Source: Vicugna vicugna (taxonomy: Eukaryota). From it: a stretch of DNA of 64,000 bases. Shown piece after piece: positions 51,273-64,000 of this stretch. The position numbers were made by a program, and so were the translations under genes. The DNA lies in contig MU058418.1 of assembly GCA_013265495.1 (NCBI GenBank), positions 1,078,917 to 1,142,916 of the forward strand. The letters run 5' to 3'. The notes under the pieces are model-generated. The model searched no databases. It was given only the letters and a program-made list of their open reading frames with translations, and had not been told where the DNA came from. How positions within the stretch are numbered: the first letter of the stretch is position 1; each line of letters starts with the position of its first letter.

Positions 51273-51412
51273 GGGAGGAATTAGGTTTTTAAGTTTATTT
51301 TATTAAGATAATTAGATTTATTTATTTATTTATTTAATGGAGGTACTGGAGATTGAACCCAGGACCTTGTGCATGGTAAGCACACACTCTACCACTGAGC
51401 TATACCCTCCCT
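51273..51412 (-). mobile_element. tRNA-derived SINE (vic-1-like)
   Basis: GATTGAACCCAGGACCTTGTGCATGG...CTACCACTGAGCTATACCCTCCC. Confidence 0.85.
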
Positions 51413-51491
51413 GCTCCTTTACTCTTCTTGTGTTGTGGCTAGTGAGTCCTCTGGTGGAAGCACATCTGCTCCTCTCTAAATCAAACTTCTT

Positions 51492-51587
51492 CTTCTTCTT
51501 CTTTTTTTTTTTTTAACATTTTTTATTGATTTATAATCATTTTACAATGCTGTGTCAAATTCCAGTGTAGAGCACAATTTTTCAGTT
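51492..51587 (-). mobile_element. Severely truncated young L1 3' end
   Basis: (CTT)n/T tail plus TTTACAATGCTGTGTCAAATTCCAGTGTAGAGCA; perfect TSD ATCAAACTTCTT at 51480-51491 and 51588-51599. Confidence 0.85.
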
Positions 51588-54500
51588 ATCAAACTTCTTA
51601 ATAAAAAGGAAAAACCCCATATCTATTTGGTAACAAATTAAAACATTATAAGGGAGTGCACAATTAAGTCCCTCTTATCACCACTGTTCCCTTTCCATAG
51701 GCATTCAGTCTTGTGGAGCCCTCCAGAAATTTTCTAAGCCTATACAAACAATTGGGTATGTGAATGGATGCCCACACATTCTTTCTTCTTTTTTATATAG
51801 TGGGACCATAGCATACACACTGGTCTGTACTTTTTATTTTTTAACTTTAACACTATATCCAGGAGACAATCCCACATCAGACTTTCCTTCTTCTTATAAA
51901 AGCTACCTAATTCTTTAAAATTCCTTCATATAAATGTTCTACAATTCAATAGCTTTTATTAGTGTTACAGTTTTCTATCACATGAATATACTGATATCCT
52001 ATCCTATTAATGGACTCATAACATATCTTGTTAATGAACTGTACATGCATCTTTGTGTATATGCAGGGGTACTCCTGTAGGATAAATTTATACAAATGGA
52101 ATTGTTAAAGGGTATGTGTACTTTACATTCTGATAAATAATGCCAAGTTGCCTTAAAGAGATTATAGCAATTAATATTTTTACCAGTTTCTGAGCCTTCC
52201 TGTCTCCCTGTATCTTTGATAATACAGTATCCTCTCAGACTTTAGATTTTTGTCATGGTGATATTTCTTTATTATTTTAAGTCACACTTCTCTTATTTTG
52301 AATGAGATTAAGTATTATTTCAAATATTTAAGCCATTTGTATTTGTTTTTCTTATTGATTTAAAAATCTCTTTGTTTACTAAGGAAATAAATTCTCGTCT
52401 GTAATAAATATTGTCATTTTTTTTGCAATATATTATTTGCCTTTTTACTTTTCTTAGCTTTCTTCCCCCCAAACAGAAATATTTAATTTCACTGCTTTTA
52501 ATGTGTCTCTCTTTCCCTTGTGGTTTTTGGTTTATGTCTTGCTTTTAAGACATTACACTTTAAAGCTGTAAAAATAAGTTCATAGGAAGACATTTACAAA
52601 GATGTTGATGAGAAGGATTGCAAGAAAAGTGAAAAATTTAATTTGATGGGCTGTGGTTCTTAAGAAGGTGGTAGAGGAGGTAGGAACTAAGATCCAGAAA
52701 TAAATAGAAGGTTGCGTTGGAAGAGGAATCATCTTCCTTTGTCATAGGAAGGAGAGAGGGAAGGATGGGTACAGCTATGGGAGGTCGGGATTGCAATTTC
52801 ATATGGAAAGTTGAAGGAGTTCCAACCCAAAGCGTTCGGTTTTCTCTTTATGAAGAAGTAGGCATCTACTGAAAGTAATGGGGGAAGTGTAGTTTAGTTT
52901 GAAGGGAGCTGAGAAGGTTCTAGAGAATCATTGCAGAGCCTGAGAGTGAACTAACCAGTGAAACAGACTTGTTGACTAAATGGAGGGACACTCCTCAGAG
53001 CTTTCAGACTATTCTTAGCAGTCTTCAAAAGTCCAGGTATACGTGAGGGAAGGTCAGTATCTTAGTATGAGATTTTTTACATTTTTAGCTATCCTTCCAT
53101 CATTTGTTTCTAATTTTATTCCATTATGGTTGCAGTACTGTGATTCTTTGGAATTTACTGAGGCTTCCTTTATGGCTTAGAATAAGGACTATATTTGAAA
53201 TTGTGTTCTACATTCTTGAATGTATTCTTGATTTGTTTGGTAGAGTTTTATAGATATAAAATAGTGTACATTAGTGTTGTTCAGATCTTTGAGAGGATTG
53301 TGTCAAAGGTGTGGTGTTTCTTTTTTCATGGTCCACAGGTTTGGATGGAAGCAGGTATCAGTATGTGAAGTTTGCAGTCTTCAGCGTGAGTGAGTGGGCC
53401 CTATGATTAGGCATGCAGAGGTAGGCAGTCAATGGGAACTCCCTTGTGCCCTGCCCTGTACCCAGCAGATAAGGAAACCGCAGGTTATACAGTTGATGTG
53501 GCTTACCCAGAGTCATACATCTAATAAGTAGCAGAACCGGAATTTGTACCCAGATCTTTTGGGATCAACTCTAATACTCTTCTGCTATATCTCTTATGCT
53601 TAGTGGTGGTAGGTGATAGTTTTCCTCTGTCTTCCAACATCATCCTTAAGGTTATTTACCATGTGCACAATCTATAATACAGTATCACTGGATCCTTAAA
53701 AAACCCATTAGAGAAAGTGTCATCATCCTACTTCACAAGTTCCCTCAGATATAAGTATCATGACAAATCTTACAGCTGGTCACTAGAGAAACTTATTCAT
53801 GTTCAGATTTTTAAGTCTTTGTCTAGTGTTAAGTGTGTGTATTTTTGGGGTTGGGCGTGTATCAGAGTCCTGGCAGAAAACTGTTCAGAGTAGATGTTTC
53901 AAATAAAGACTGAATCAAGAGATGACTTAGAGAGTCATGGATGGGCAGGGCAGGCCTCAGGCAGCAAGTAAGGGATGGAGAAGTGGAGGAGGCTGACAAG
54001 AGCTAGAGCTGTGCTGTGAGGACCTAATTGTTCCTGAGGGATGCAGCTCTGCCAGTGACACAGCCCCAAAGTAGGGAGGAAACAGAGAATGACCCGGATT
54101 TCTCTCTACCCCCTCCCTCCTATCCCCTGAAAGTAGTGCCTCCCAGGGGCTGAGCCCCGCCAGGAACCAGCCAGCAAGGTTAGCCCCCTGAGGTAGAGAG
54201 CAGGTGGAGGAGGCATGTGGGAATGGAAGGACATTTGGGATGGAGAATCCCAGCACTGAGGAACTGTGCCAGGATGGAGTGCTCTGAGACATAAAAACAC
54301 ATTACAGGAAATTAAAACATTGAGAAAGGAAATTTAATGGACTTGAAAAATAGGGTAAACTGTGAGAAAGTGTAAACTAGGAGCATGTAAATGATGTGGG
54401 TTTCTGTGTGAGAGTTATTTTCAAGAAAACTGTGTGAACCTAACTTTCCTTGAATTCACTGCTATGAATAATTTTAAAACTTCTTTAGGACCCATTTTAT

Positions 54501-56486
54501 AGCCTTCTAAATAGTCTTACTGTTCTCCGTTAAACCCCTGATTTTCTCCTTCAAATACAGATTTTTAAACCCCTGAAACAATTTCAGTAATTTTTGTGAG
54601 ACTGAAATTTTATTAGGAGAAAATTAGCTTGCTCTCCAGGTGAAAATTCTTGGAGTATATGTAGTATAGTCTGTCATTAGAGGAGCGTCCATTTTGTTTA
54701 TCAGTTTATTTAGAGTAAAATCTGCATCTTAAACAGTATGCCATACTAGATATTTGTAATCTGAGATGTTTGACGATCTTTTCCTTCGGTACTCTACAAC
54801 CATATCTCAATATCATCTTCTAAATATTGCCATAAATATAATATAGTATAATATAAATTATATATGTAATATAATATTTGCCAAAGTGCTCTTTCAAAAA
54901 TACATTGAATAAAACAGAAAATGGAACCAAGTGAGATATATATATTTTGCAGCATTGAGTTCTTCCCATGTCATATTTTCCCCCATCTTTGTTAAAATTT
55001 TGCCTTGAACTTCATTTATTCAGTATATTATTGATTATATCATGAGTAGGCCCAGGACTATTCCTGTGAAATGTGTTGTGAAGAATTCTCAATTGACACT
55101 TCCAGTTACTTAATATAGAAAGTTGCTTTCAAAAGATTTCTAATACATAGAATATACTTAGAGAGTATTAGTTTCTATGTTTTCCAGTTTGAAGCTGTTT
55201 AAAATTATTGAGGAGGATAATGCTTTTTTTTTTTTTGGCAAGTTGAAAATGGAATAACCAGTGTACAAGAATAGTTCATATGAGATATTAGAACAAGACA
55301 AATTAAGAGGTTTTAGCAGGAGTAGAATTTGTTTTCAATCGAGATTTAAGAATAGTTGGAGAATTAATGTACAGAGGAACACAGAGAAGGCATCCACCTG
55401 GTAGAATCAAAGCAAAGAAGATCCTTTTGCTGAAACCGTGGTAAGGTTCTTCTGGAAGGGGCATGCTGGAGTCAGAGGCTGAATTTATAGAGAAAGCTGA
55501 GGGACAGCAAAGTGAGAGAGGTTTCTGAGGCATGTTGGAGTGACTGGACAGATTATAAAACAAAAGCATTATGTAGTAGATCCTGAAATTCAGCTTTTGA
55601 GGCTGTTTTCTGTCAAGATATTGACTGCTCTAGTTGGTGCTAAGTGGTAACCTTTGTCTGTTCTTACTCTCTGTGAGTTCTCTTGGCTCTGGCTTGCCTT
55701 GGTTTTTGCACAGGTGTCAAGGAGTTGTCATAGAGTTTGAAGGTTACTCTTCCAAGTGGGGCAAAATTCAGCATGTAATTTGGGTTGAAAATAGTATCAG
55801 GCAAAGAGAAGTTCCATTTTGTTTCTTCCTTAGAGGCCTTCATTCTCCTGTTTTGGTCTGGACTTGATTGCTTTCTTGACCTGCCTGTGCCACTGTGGTT
55901 CTGGAGCAACCCTCCATCTTACCAGATCTTTCCTCCCAGGATCCTCTGTGTTTCCAGGAGCATAGGTGTTCCTATTTCTCTTGGGGAGATTTTTTGAGAC
56001 TATGCATGGAATGTCAGTTTCCCATTTTTATGGGAAAAATGATTGAGTCAGTTAGATTGGAAATGTTGTCCCTCAAATTTTATTCAAGTTTTTATTGGTT
56101 CTTTATGACCTATTCCCCTACCCACCTCTCACCTTCCACTGCCACCTTGGACATTTGTAGGATTTTCTTAATATTTCTGGCAGCTGAAATTTCAGGATTG
56201 TGACTTGTTATGGGTCTTATTTCTCTCAGTGTGCTGGATGCTTACTCTTTCCTTCCAATCTTGAAATCTAGTCCTTCAGATCTGAGAAAAATCTTAGATA
56301 ATTTCATCCCCTCTTTTTTCTCTCTTTTCTCTTTCTGGAATTCCTTTTGGTCAGATATTAGACCCCCTCAATTAATTCTGTAATTTATTTTCCATCTTTT
56401 ATTGTTATTGTCTATTTATATTTAATTAATTTTTTTTTAGCATTTCCTCAAGCTTATCTTCTTATCTGTTTTATGGAATTTTATTT

Positions 56487-56613
56487 CTTTTTGGGGGTGG
56501 GTGGAGATAATTAGGTTTACTTGCTTATTTTTTAATGGAGATATTGAGGATTGAACCCAGGACCTCATGCATGTTAAGCACATACTCTACACTGAGCCAT
56601 ACCCTCCCTGCCT
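56487..56613 (-). mobile_element. tRNA-derived SINE (vic-1-like)
   Basis: GATTGAACCCAGGACCTCATGCATG; perfect TSD TGGAATTTTATTT at 56474-56486 and 56614-56626. Confidence 0.85.
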
Positions 56614-57424
56614 TGGAATTTTATTTGTGCTACCATATTTTAAAATCTGAAGTAGTACTCTGTTTTGTTCTTAATATTCCTTTAAAAAATTGCATGTTGT
56701 TCCTGCTTTGTAGTTTTAATAGCTTCTTTTATTTTCCCCAGCATATTAATTACTATTGATTACAGTTTTATTTTGAAGTTCCTTTTTGCCTTCTGTGTAG
56801 TCTGTTTCCTCTGATTTTTTTACTTCCTGTATATTTGCTCTGGTCTCCAATTGTCATAATGGAAGGGTTTTTTCCCCACAAATTTCTGTCGATTCTTGGC
56901 TGTCAGTTCATTTTAGAGTCTTTTCAGATACTAACAAGCTGATTGAAGGCTCCCCCTTAAGAGGTTTGTTGACTAGTGTGCTTTAGTATGTGGTGATCTG
57001 ATAGGAACCCAGTTCTTTCTCTGGAAGAAACCCACACGTAAGTGCCTGTGAGCCTTTTTTTCTGGAGACAGTTCAGTTTCTCCAGAAAAACGTCTTCTGA
57101 TCCCTTGCTTGCCAGGGATAAGCTCAGCTGTCATTGTTTGGGGAGCCCATTTTGGAAAGAGAAGGAAGATTACAGGGTTAGTAAATGGTGAAAGGGATGT
57201 AAACTGCAGTCATGTGGCTTCAGAGCCTTTATCTGAGCTACTTTGATTCTAACCTCCTATTTTAAAACCTAAGTGGGGCTTCATGTCCTTTTACATCAAT
57301 TTTTTTGTACTTGCGTGCAATAACTCGTTTCAGTCCTGTGCATAGCATGGTTAGGAACACTATCTATATGATGATATTCAATGATTTCTGTATTAGAGAT
57401 TTATAATTTGTTCTTAATTTGCAG

Positions 57425-57476
57425 CTTTTTTCAAGGAGAAAACCTCCAAGGGGCCTGTATGTTTATGGAGATGTTG
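57425..57476 (+). CDS. AFG1L: AFG1-like ATPase, coding exon 3 (52 nt), first half of Walker A motif
   Basis: Acceptor TTAATTTGCAG|CTT and donor G|GTAAGT. Encodes LFSRRKPPRGLYVYGDV(G), the AFG1/ZapE signature P-x-G-L-Y-x-x-G-x-V-G; the TGKT half is expected in exon 4, outside the window. Absent from the ORF track. Confidence 0.96.
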
Positions 57477-60331
57477 GTAAGTGTGTTAAAATAAGTTTTA
57501 AGTGACGGGTCCAAATAGAAATTTTCCCAGCTTTCACTCAGGGATAATTTCCATTTCTATCCCTCAATCCACTACCAGTAAGGGAGTAGGATGAGGCAAG
57601 GTAAAATAGGAGAAGAGGAGAGAGGAGTGCAGTTCCCTTAGTTTTTACTTTTATTTCTCATAGGGTGTGATTACAGTGGAAGGCAGGATTAGCTAGCATG
57701 TTAGCATGCAAACATTATTTAATGTATAAAGTGAGTTGATCTCAGGGAAGGAAATCATTTCTAGATAGGTTATTAGATAAATCAGAATTTCATTGCTCAG
57801 TGCTGTTTGACTCAGCTTAATACTTAAAAATACTGTTCATTTTTACTTTCAATTTTCACTAATATTTCTACTCATAACCTAAGCACTTGTCCTCAATTTA
57901 GTTATCTTTAGTTTAATGATGAGTGGACATTCTTAATGCATGAGTGGTAATATTTCCTTGGTCTCCCACTTCCATGCATTGGGTACAAAGACTCACATTT
58001 TCTTGGAAACCTTATGAACTGTCACTTACTTTCTAGATTTTCCTAATCAGTTAATGTCTTGCTTCTTCCCCAACTTAATTCTTACTGGAGTTGTCTGTTT
58101 TCTGGTTTTTATTTCCTTCAAACAATTCCTTTTCTCTTAGTACTAAACCTCTCCCTGGTTACCACCTTCACTGATGTCATGAAAGTGGCTCTTCCTTCAT
58201 CTGGACTTAAGGCTTTTCAGTCACTTCTTTATTGGCATACTCAAAATGCACATTTAACGTCACAAGATCTGTTTTGGTCCTCAGCTAATAAATAAGCTTC
58301 AAGCTCCCCTTTAGCCATAAGAGATTTGCATTGTGAGGAAGTGGTGGCAGAAGTAGATTATCTTAGTAAGATTTTTAGGATAAGAAAAATAATAGGAGCT
58401 GAATAAGTAATTATACTGTCTTAAATATTAAGCTATTCTTTTCTGGGCCCTCCCTCTTCTGATTTGTTTATTAATGCCTCTAAATGCCTGTTTTACATTT
58501 ACAGGATTAGCAAATCTAGAAAAAAAAAAAGAATTGTTTAGTTCACAGAAGTGATTGCTAGAGATTCTTCAAGTTGTTGAAGCCTGTAGATTTAAAAAAT
58601 GTGAAAGAAGCTTAAACTATTCTTCTTCTTGGGTCATTGGCTAATTAGTATTTTTGAGACCAATACTTCTTATTTAGAATGTAATTTATACCAGGTATTC
58701 AATCGGTTTTATGTGTCTGTACCTTTGGGTACCACTAACAGATCTCATTCTGTTGTCATCTCTCATTTTCTGCCTCTTTGGAGAACATTTACTTCCTATA
58801 CCTTCACTTTCATGTTCAGTCATTGCTAAAATCAGAATCTTTGTTTTTCTTGCTACCTTAACCACTTAACCATAAATGGAGATGGTTAGTAAAGCACGAC
58901 GGTTTCCACTTCTGCAAAAGGACTTTAAAAAAAAAAACAACTATGAAAGTTGTTAAATTTTGGTTTGAAAAATACAACCATATTCTAACAAATTGAAGGG
59001 AGTATAATAAATGTAATTCATCTGAATGTTTGAAAGAATTAGAAAAGATATGATAACATGGGATATTCACATAAATTGGGTGTGTGACAATTTTGGGCTA
59101 AGAACATCTTCACAATGTAGAGAGGAGATGAGAAAGGAATTCTGAAACAGGAAATAAGGTGAACAGTTTGGTGGCCATACTCAGTTTAGCTTAGAATACT
59201 TACAAAATAGGTGATAAAAAAATAGGTCAAATTCTTATTTTGGGAGGAGCTCTCTGGCTGGGAGAATGGCCTCAGAATGCCTTCGCTAACGCTTATTCTT
59301 TATTATTTTTCTTTTTTAGACTTGGGAAATAGTTATTAAGAGACTTGATGGAAAAGAAATGTCTGTTGCTTATCATCCCCTTCCCTCTCCTTATTCTTGC
59401 CCTTGGCTTGGGCTCTGTCATGCCCACTTCCTGCTACTCTTTCTTCATAGGTGTGCTGAGATGATTGACTCAGATAGATCCTCATTCCAGGGAACCCCAG
59501 GAGCATTGATATCATCATGGTTCAATCTTGAAATGAAATGTTTTCATTAATAAAAGCCTTAGCATACCTTATGCAAAAGCCAAAAGCTGCAGTAGTAGTG
59601 TTTGGCTTCATTCTTACCCTACAATTGGCTTTCTTATAACAAGATTTCAGCTGTTAACTAGCAGACTGAATGGTTAATGATTTCTCCCATATATCAGAAA
59701 AGAATAAAAGTACATTTTTGTTTATCAGCCCCTTTTCTGTGGCCTCCTGGTTTAACCTCACCTGTTTCACATTGATAATTTCACCAGTGGAAAGGTAGGC
59801 TGGTTTTAAGGTTAGGAGTTGGAAAGCAAAATTCTGGAGTGGGAGGCAGTGATGAAGAACACTGCTTCCAGCTCTTTCTGCAGGAGGTCAGCTGTGAAAA
59901 GGGCACGACTGGAGTAGTCCTTTTTGGCTTCCTAACTATAGGCTTAAATGTTAGAATTTAAGAGTTTTAGGTTTTACAAATTACTCTCCTGGTAAGAATC
60001 TTTTGTGGAGAAAATTGCAGGGTTTTATTTTGGACTTTTTGGGATCAAAGCAAAACTGTGGAGTAGGTGAAATTTAGTGTTGGTTTCTTCCCTTCTTTTT
60101 TTTTTTGCAGCATCTCCTGTCCTCATTCTTCTAGTCACTCAACAAATGTTTGTTGAGCACCTGCCTTGTGCCAGGCAGTGTATTGTTTCTGGAAATGTAA
60201 TGGTGAATAAAAGCAGACACAGCCTTTGCTCACCCTAAGTTTACAAACTGTTGCAATGGCTTTGAAATATTTTTGAACATGACTCACAAAGTGAGAAGTA
60301 TATTTTATATCCTGAATTAGTATATGCTTGG

Positions 60332-60445
60332 GTGTATACACACTGTATATGTGTGTGTGTATGTATATGTATGTGTATATATGTATGTGTATATATATGT
60401 GTGTATGTGTATATATGTGTGTGTGTATATATATATATACATATT

Positions 60446-60498
<53 letters not shown>
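60332..60498. repeat. Compound (TG)/(TA) microsatellite
   Basis: About 165 bp of alternating purine-pyrimidine sequence ending in a pure (TA)n run at about 60456-60498. Confidence 0.95.
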
Positions 60499-60504
<6 letters not shown>

Positions 60505-60574
60505 ACTTATTTGTTTTGTAGGATTTCCTACAACCTGGATTTTGCTGATGCATCTCTGTGGTGTGATATGAGTC

Positions 60575-62870
60575 TTCCAACTTAGTCTTTTTCAGGGTTG
60601 TTTTGGCCATTCCATGGCCTTTGCATTTCCATGTGCCTTTTAGAACTCCTTGTCAATTTCTTTTTTTAAAAAAAATCCTGGGCTTTTGATTGAGATAATG
60701 TTGAATCTATAGATCAGTCTCTACAAAGCATTGGTAACTTAAAATATTGAGTCTTCCAATCTATGAGCATGGTATATTTCTTCATTTTTAAATATCTTCT
60801 TTAATTTCTTTCAGTGGCGTTTTATAGTTTGTAGTACAGAGATCTGATGTGGTTTTTGAGTAAGTTTATTCCTATATATTTTATGTTTTCTAATGCTGCT
60901 GCAAATAGTATTGTATTTTAAAATTTTAATTTCTAGTTGATCACTGCTAGTGTATAGAATCAATTGATTTTTTTGATGACCTTGCTAAATTCAATGATTA
61001 ACTCTAGTGGTTATTTGGTAGCTTCTTCAGGATTTTTTGTGTACACAATCACATCTGTGAATAAAGACAGTTTTACTTTTTGCTTTACAATTTTTATGCC
61101 TTCTAATTCTTTTTCTTGACTCACTGCACTAGCTAGGAGCTCCAGTAGAGTGTTGAATAGAAGTAGTGAGAGTGGATGTCCTTGCCTTGTGTCAAATTTT
61201 AGAGGAGAATGTTTAGCCTTCACTAGTGAGTATGAACCATTGTTAAGTATACAGTTCAGTGGCATTAATTACATTGACGTTGTTATGCAAACATCACCAC
61301 TATTCATCTTCTGAACATTTTCATCATCCCTAAGTGAAACTCTGTTCCTTATTAAATAATAGCTCCCCATTCTATAACCCACTCTCTGCTAGTCCCTGGC
61401 AACCACCATTCTACTTTCTGTCTCTATGAATTTGATTATTCTAAGTATCTCATGTAAGTGGAATCATGTAATATATATCCTTTTGTTTCTTGCTAATTTC
61501 ACCTAGCATAGTGTCTTCAAGATTCAATCATGTTGCAGCATGTATCAGAATTCTATTCTTTTTTAAGGCTAAGTAACATTCCATTATTGTATATGCTAAT
61601 TTTGTTTATCTGTTCATCTATTGATGAATGTTTGGGTTGTTTCCATCTTCCGACTATTTTGAATAATGCAGCTGTAAACATTGATGTACAAATATCTATT
61701 TGAATCCTAGCTTTCAGTTCTTTTGTGTGTATCCAGAAGTGGAATTGCTGAATCATATGGTCATTCTGTGTTTAATTTTTTGAGGAATTGCTATTTTTCA
61801 TAGCAATTTGCTATTCCATAGCAAAATACTATTTTCCATAGCAGCTGCCCCATTTTACATTCTCACTAGCAATGTAGAAGGGTCCCCACTTTTCCACATC
61901 TTTATCAACCTGTTATTTTTCTGTTTGTTTGTTGTTTTCATAATAGCTATCCTAATGGATGAGAAGTATCTCATTGTAGTTTTGATTTGCATTTTTCAAA
62001 GGATTAGTGATATTGAGTATCTTTTCATTGTAAGGTTTTTGCTTTTGCCCTTTGTGAGGTTGAGGAAGTCTTTACCTAGTTTATGGGAATTTTTATCATG
62101 AATGTGGGTTGAATTTTGTCAAACATTTTTTCAGTTGTTAGTATTGTGTGATTTATATATGTTGAATTTTATTTTGGCAAGGAGTTTAATAAGTTACTTG
62201 CATACCAGCTGATTCATTTGAAGTATTTTCTTAATTGAACATTTTATTGAGATAATTATAGATTCACATGCAATTGTAAGAAGTAATACAGAGAGATTTG
62301 TGGTCATTTTACTCATGTCTGCCATAAGGCATTTTGCGAAATTATGGTCAACCAGGATATTGTCATTGGTACAATTCACTGATCCTATTCGGATATCTCC
62401 AGTTTTACTTGTACAGTCATACCTCGGTATCCGTGGGGGATTAGTTCCCGGAGTCTCCCAGGATACCAAAATCTGGTGATACTCAAGTCTTTTATATAAA
62501 ATGGCATAGTACAATGAATACAATCGGCCCTCTGTATCCATAAGTTTCACATTGGCTGTGCTGTACTCTTTTATGTGTATTTAGTTCTATGTAATTTATC
62601 ACCTACGTAGGTCCATCTGTCCACCACCACAGTCAAGATAATGAACAATTCTGTCATCACAAGAATCCCTTGTGTTGCCTATAATTTTATAACCATACCT
62701 ACTCACTCTTCATTTTTACATCCTGGCAACCACTAATGTGTTCTCCATTTCTAAAATCCTGTCATTTCAAAAATGTTATATAATTTGAAAAGTACATACC
62801 TTTTTAAGACTGGCTTTTTCTCTGCTCAGCATAATTCATTGGAGAGTCATTCAAGTTGTTGTATGTAGAG
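60575..62870 (-). mobile_element. Nested L1 cluster: old ORF2 fragment, L1MB-like 3' end (about 61240-62030), and a further L1 3' end (about 62230-62870) containing a MER2/Tigger3-like element (about 62413-62555)
   Basis: 61011-61265 translates to RT-like TRQGHPLSLLLFNTLLELLASAVSQEKELEGIKI; 61553-61756 is the ORF2 C-terminus; CAGTCATACCTCGGTATCCGTGGGGGATT is a Tigger-type end. Confidence 0.75.
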
Positions 62871-63643
62871 TATCTCTGGAAATTGTTCATCTTACAGCTT
62901 CCTGGTGCCTATTCTTTGCCTAACATCATGGAGTATCACCCTACACATGAGCAGCTAATATTCAGCAAAGACTCAAGAGTGCCCTTTCATCATGTGGCTT
63001 CCACCTCTCTGGCACTTTGCCTTGCAAATTTTACCTGCGTTTTGGACTCGTATAATTCTGATCTCTCTTAACCCAACTCAATCAGACCTGGGTGTTTTAC
63101 TTGGTTTCACCTATTCTGTGCAGCAATCTGGAAGGTGCCTCCAAGCCAAAAGCTGGAGTGATATAGGGCTACTCTCGCCTTTTCCTTTATCTTGGGGATC
63201 AGAGCCTTGTTTTTTTTTTCCCCCCAGAGTCTAAAACATCAGTTTCATATATTTTATCCAGTTTTGTAGATGTTTATGTTGGGAAGGCAAGTCCAGACCT
63301 AGTTACTCTCCCATGGTCTCTCAAAAGTTTCCATTTTCCCATGTATTTCTAAACCTTTCTTCCTCCAAGGTTATACAAATGTTGACACATATTGTCTTCT
63401 AGATCTTTCATATTTTTTATCATCTTGGATTCATCTGGAATTAATGTTGGTGTGAAATGTGAGGTAGGGATATAGTTTTATTTCTTTTGCAAATGGTAAT
63501 TTGTCTTTAGCAATTATTTTTCACATATACTGTTATTATATATACTTATGTCTACTCAATTGGTTTAGTTGATTTTTAAAAAATCAACTGAAATTTAATA
63601 ATACATTTTTATAGGGATGTTATAAATTTTATTAGAATTTCAA

Positions 63644-64000
63644 TTTTTTAAAATTGAAGTATAGTTGATTTACAATATTATGTTAGTTTCAGGTGTACAG
63701 CATAGCGATTCAGTATTTTTGCATGCTGTATTCTATTATAGGTTATTAAATGATAATCAGTATAATTCCCTGTGGTATACAGTAAATCCTTGTTCTTTAT
63801 CTGTTTTATATATGGTAGTTTGTATCTGTTAATCCCATACCCCAAATTTGTGCCTCCCCTTTTCTCTGTCACCTTTGGTAACTACAAGTTTGTTTTCTTT
63901 ATCTGTGAGTCTGTTTCTGTTTTGTATATGCATTCATTTGTGTTGTTTTTTAGGCTCCACATGTAAGTGGTATCACACATTATCTTTCCTCTGTGTGACT
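63644..64000 (-). mobile_element. L1 3' end, runs off the window
   Basis: AATTGAAGTATAGTTGATTTACAATATTATGTTAGTTTCAGGTGTACAGCATAG...CTTTGGTAACTACAAGTTTGTTTTC. Confidence 0.8.

Noticed and set aside
60317..60610. YI/CV-repeat ORFs
   Set aside because: Translations of the microsatellite.
1..64000. CRISPR array, operon or prokaryotic defence system
   Set aside because: Spliced gene, CpG island and mammalian repeats; no repeat-spacer array or dense ORFs.

Overview
This is mammalian nuclear DNA, not prokaryotic. It holds the CpG-island promoter and first three coding exons of AFG1L (LACE1, mitochondrial AFG1/ZapE-like AAA+ ATPase) on the + strand: exon 1 CDS 14601-14736, exon 2 40191-40414, exon 3 57425-57476. 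These splice in frame through GT-AG introns of about 25.5 kb and 17 kb, and the gene continues past the window end. The rest is intergenic or intronic and rich in repeats: a near full-length ancient L1, younger L1 3' ends, seven copies of a tRNA-derived SINE (suggesting a camelid genome; inference), LTRs, Tigger/MER DNA transposons, MIR/L2 relics and microsatellites. Repeat family names come from my recall of consensus sequences and need RepeatMasker/Dfam confirmation; boundaries of old repeats are approximate. Nearly all ORF-track entries are spurious or L1 remnants. I found no CRISPR array, operon or demonstrably novel system. The best leads are a ~1.1 kb TSD-flanked composite retro-insertion (43228-44389) and a speculative decayed gene antisense to AFG1L in repeat-poor parts of introns 2-3.
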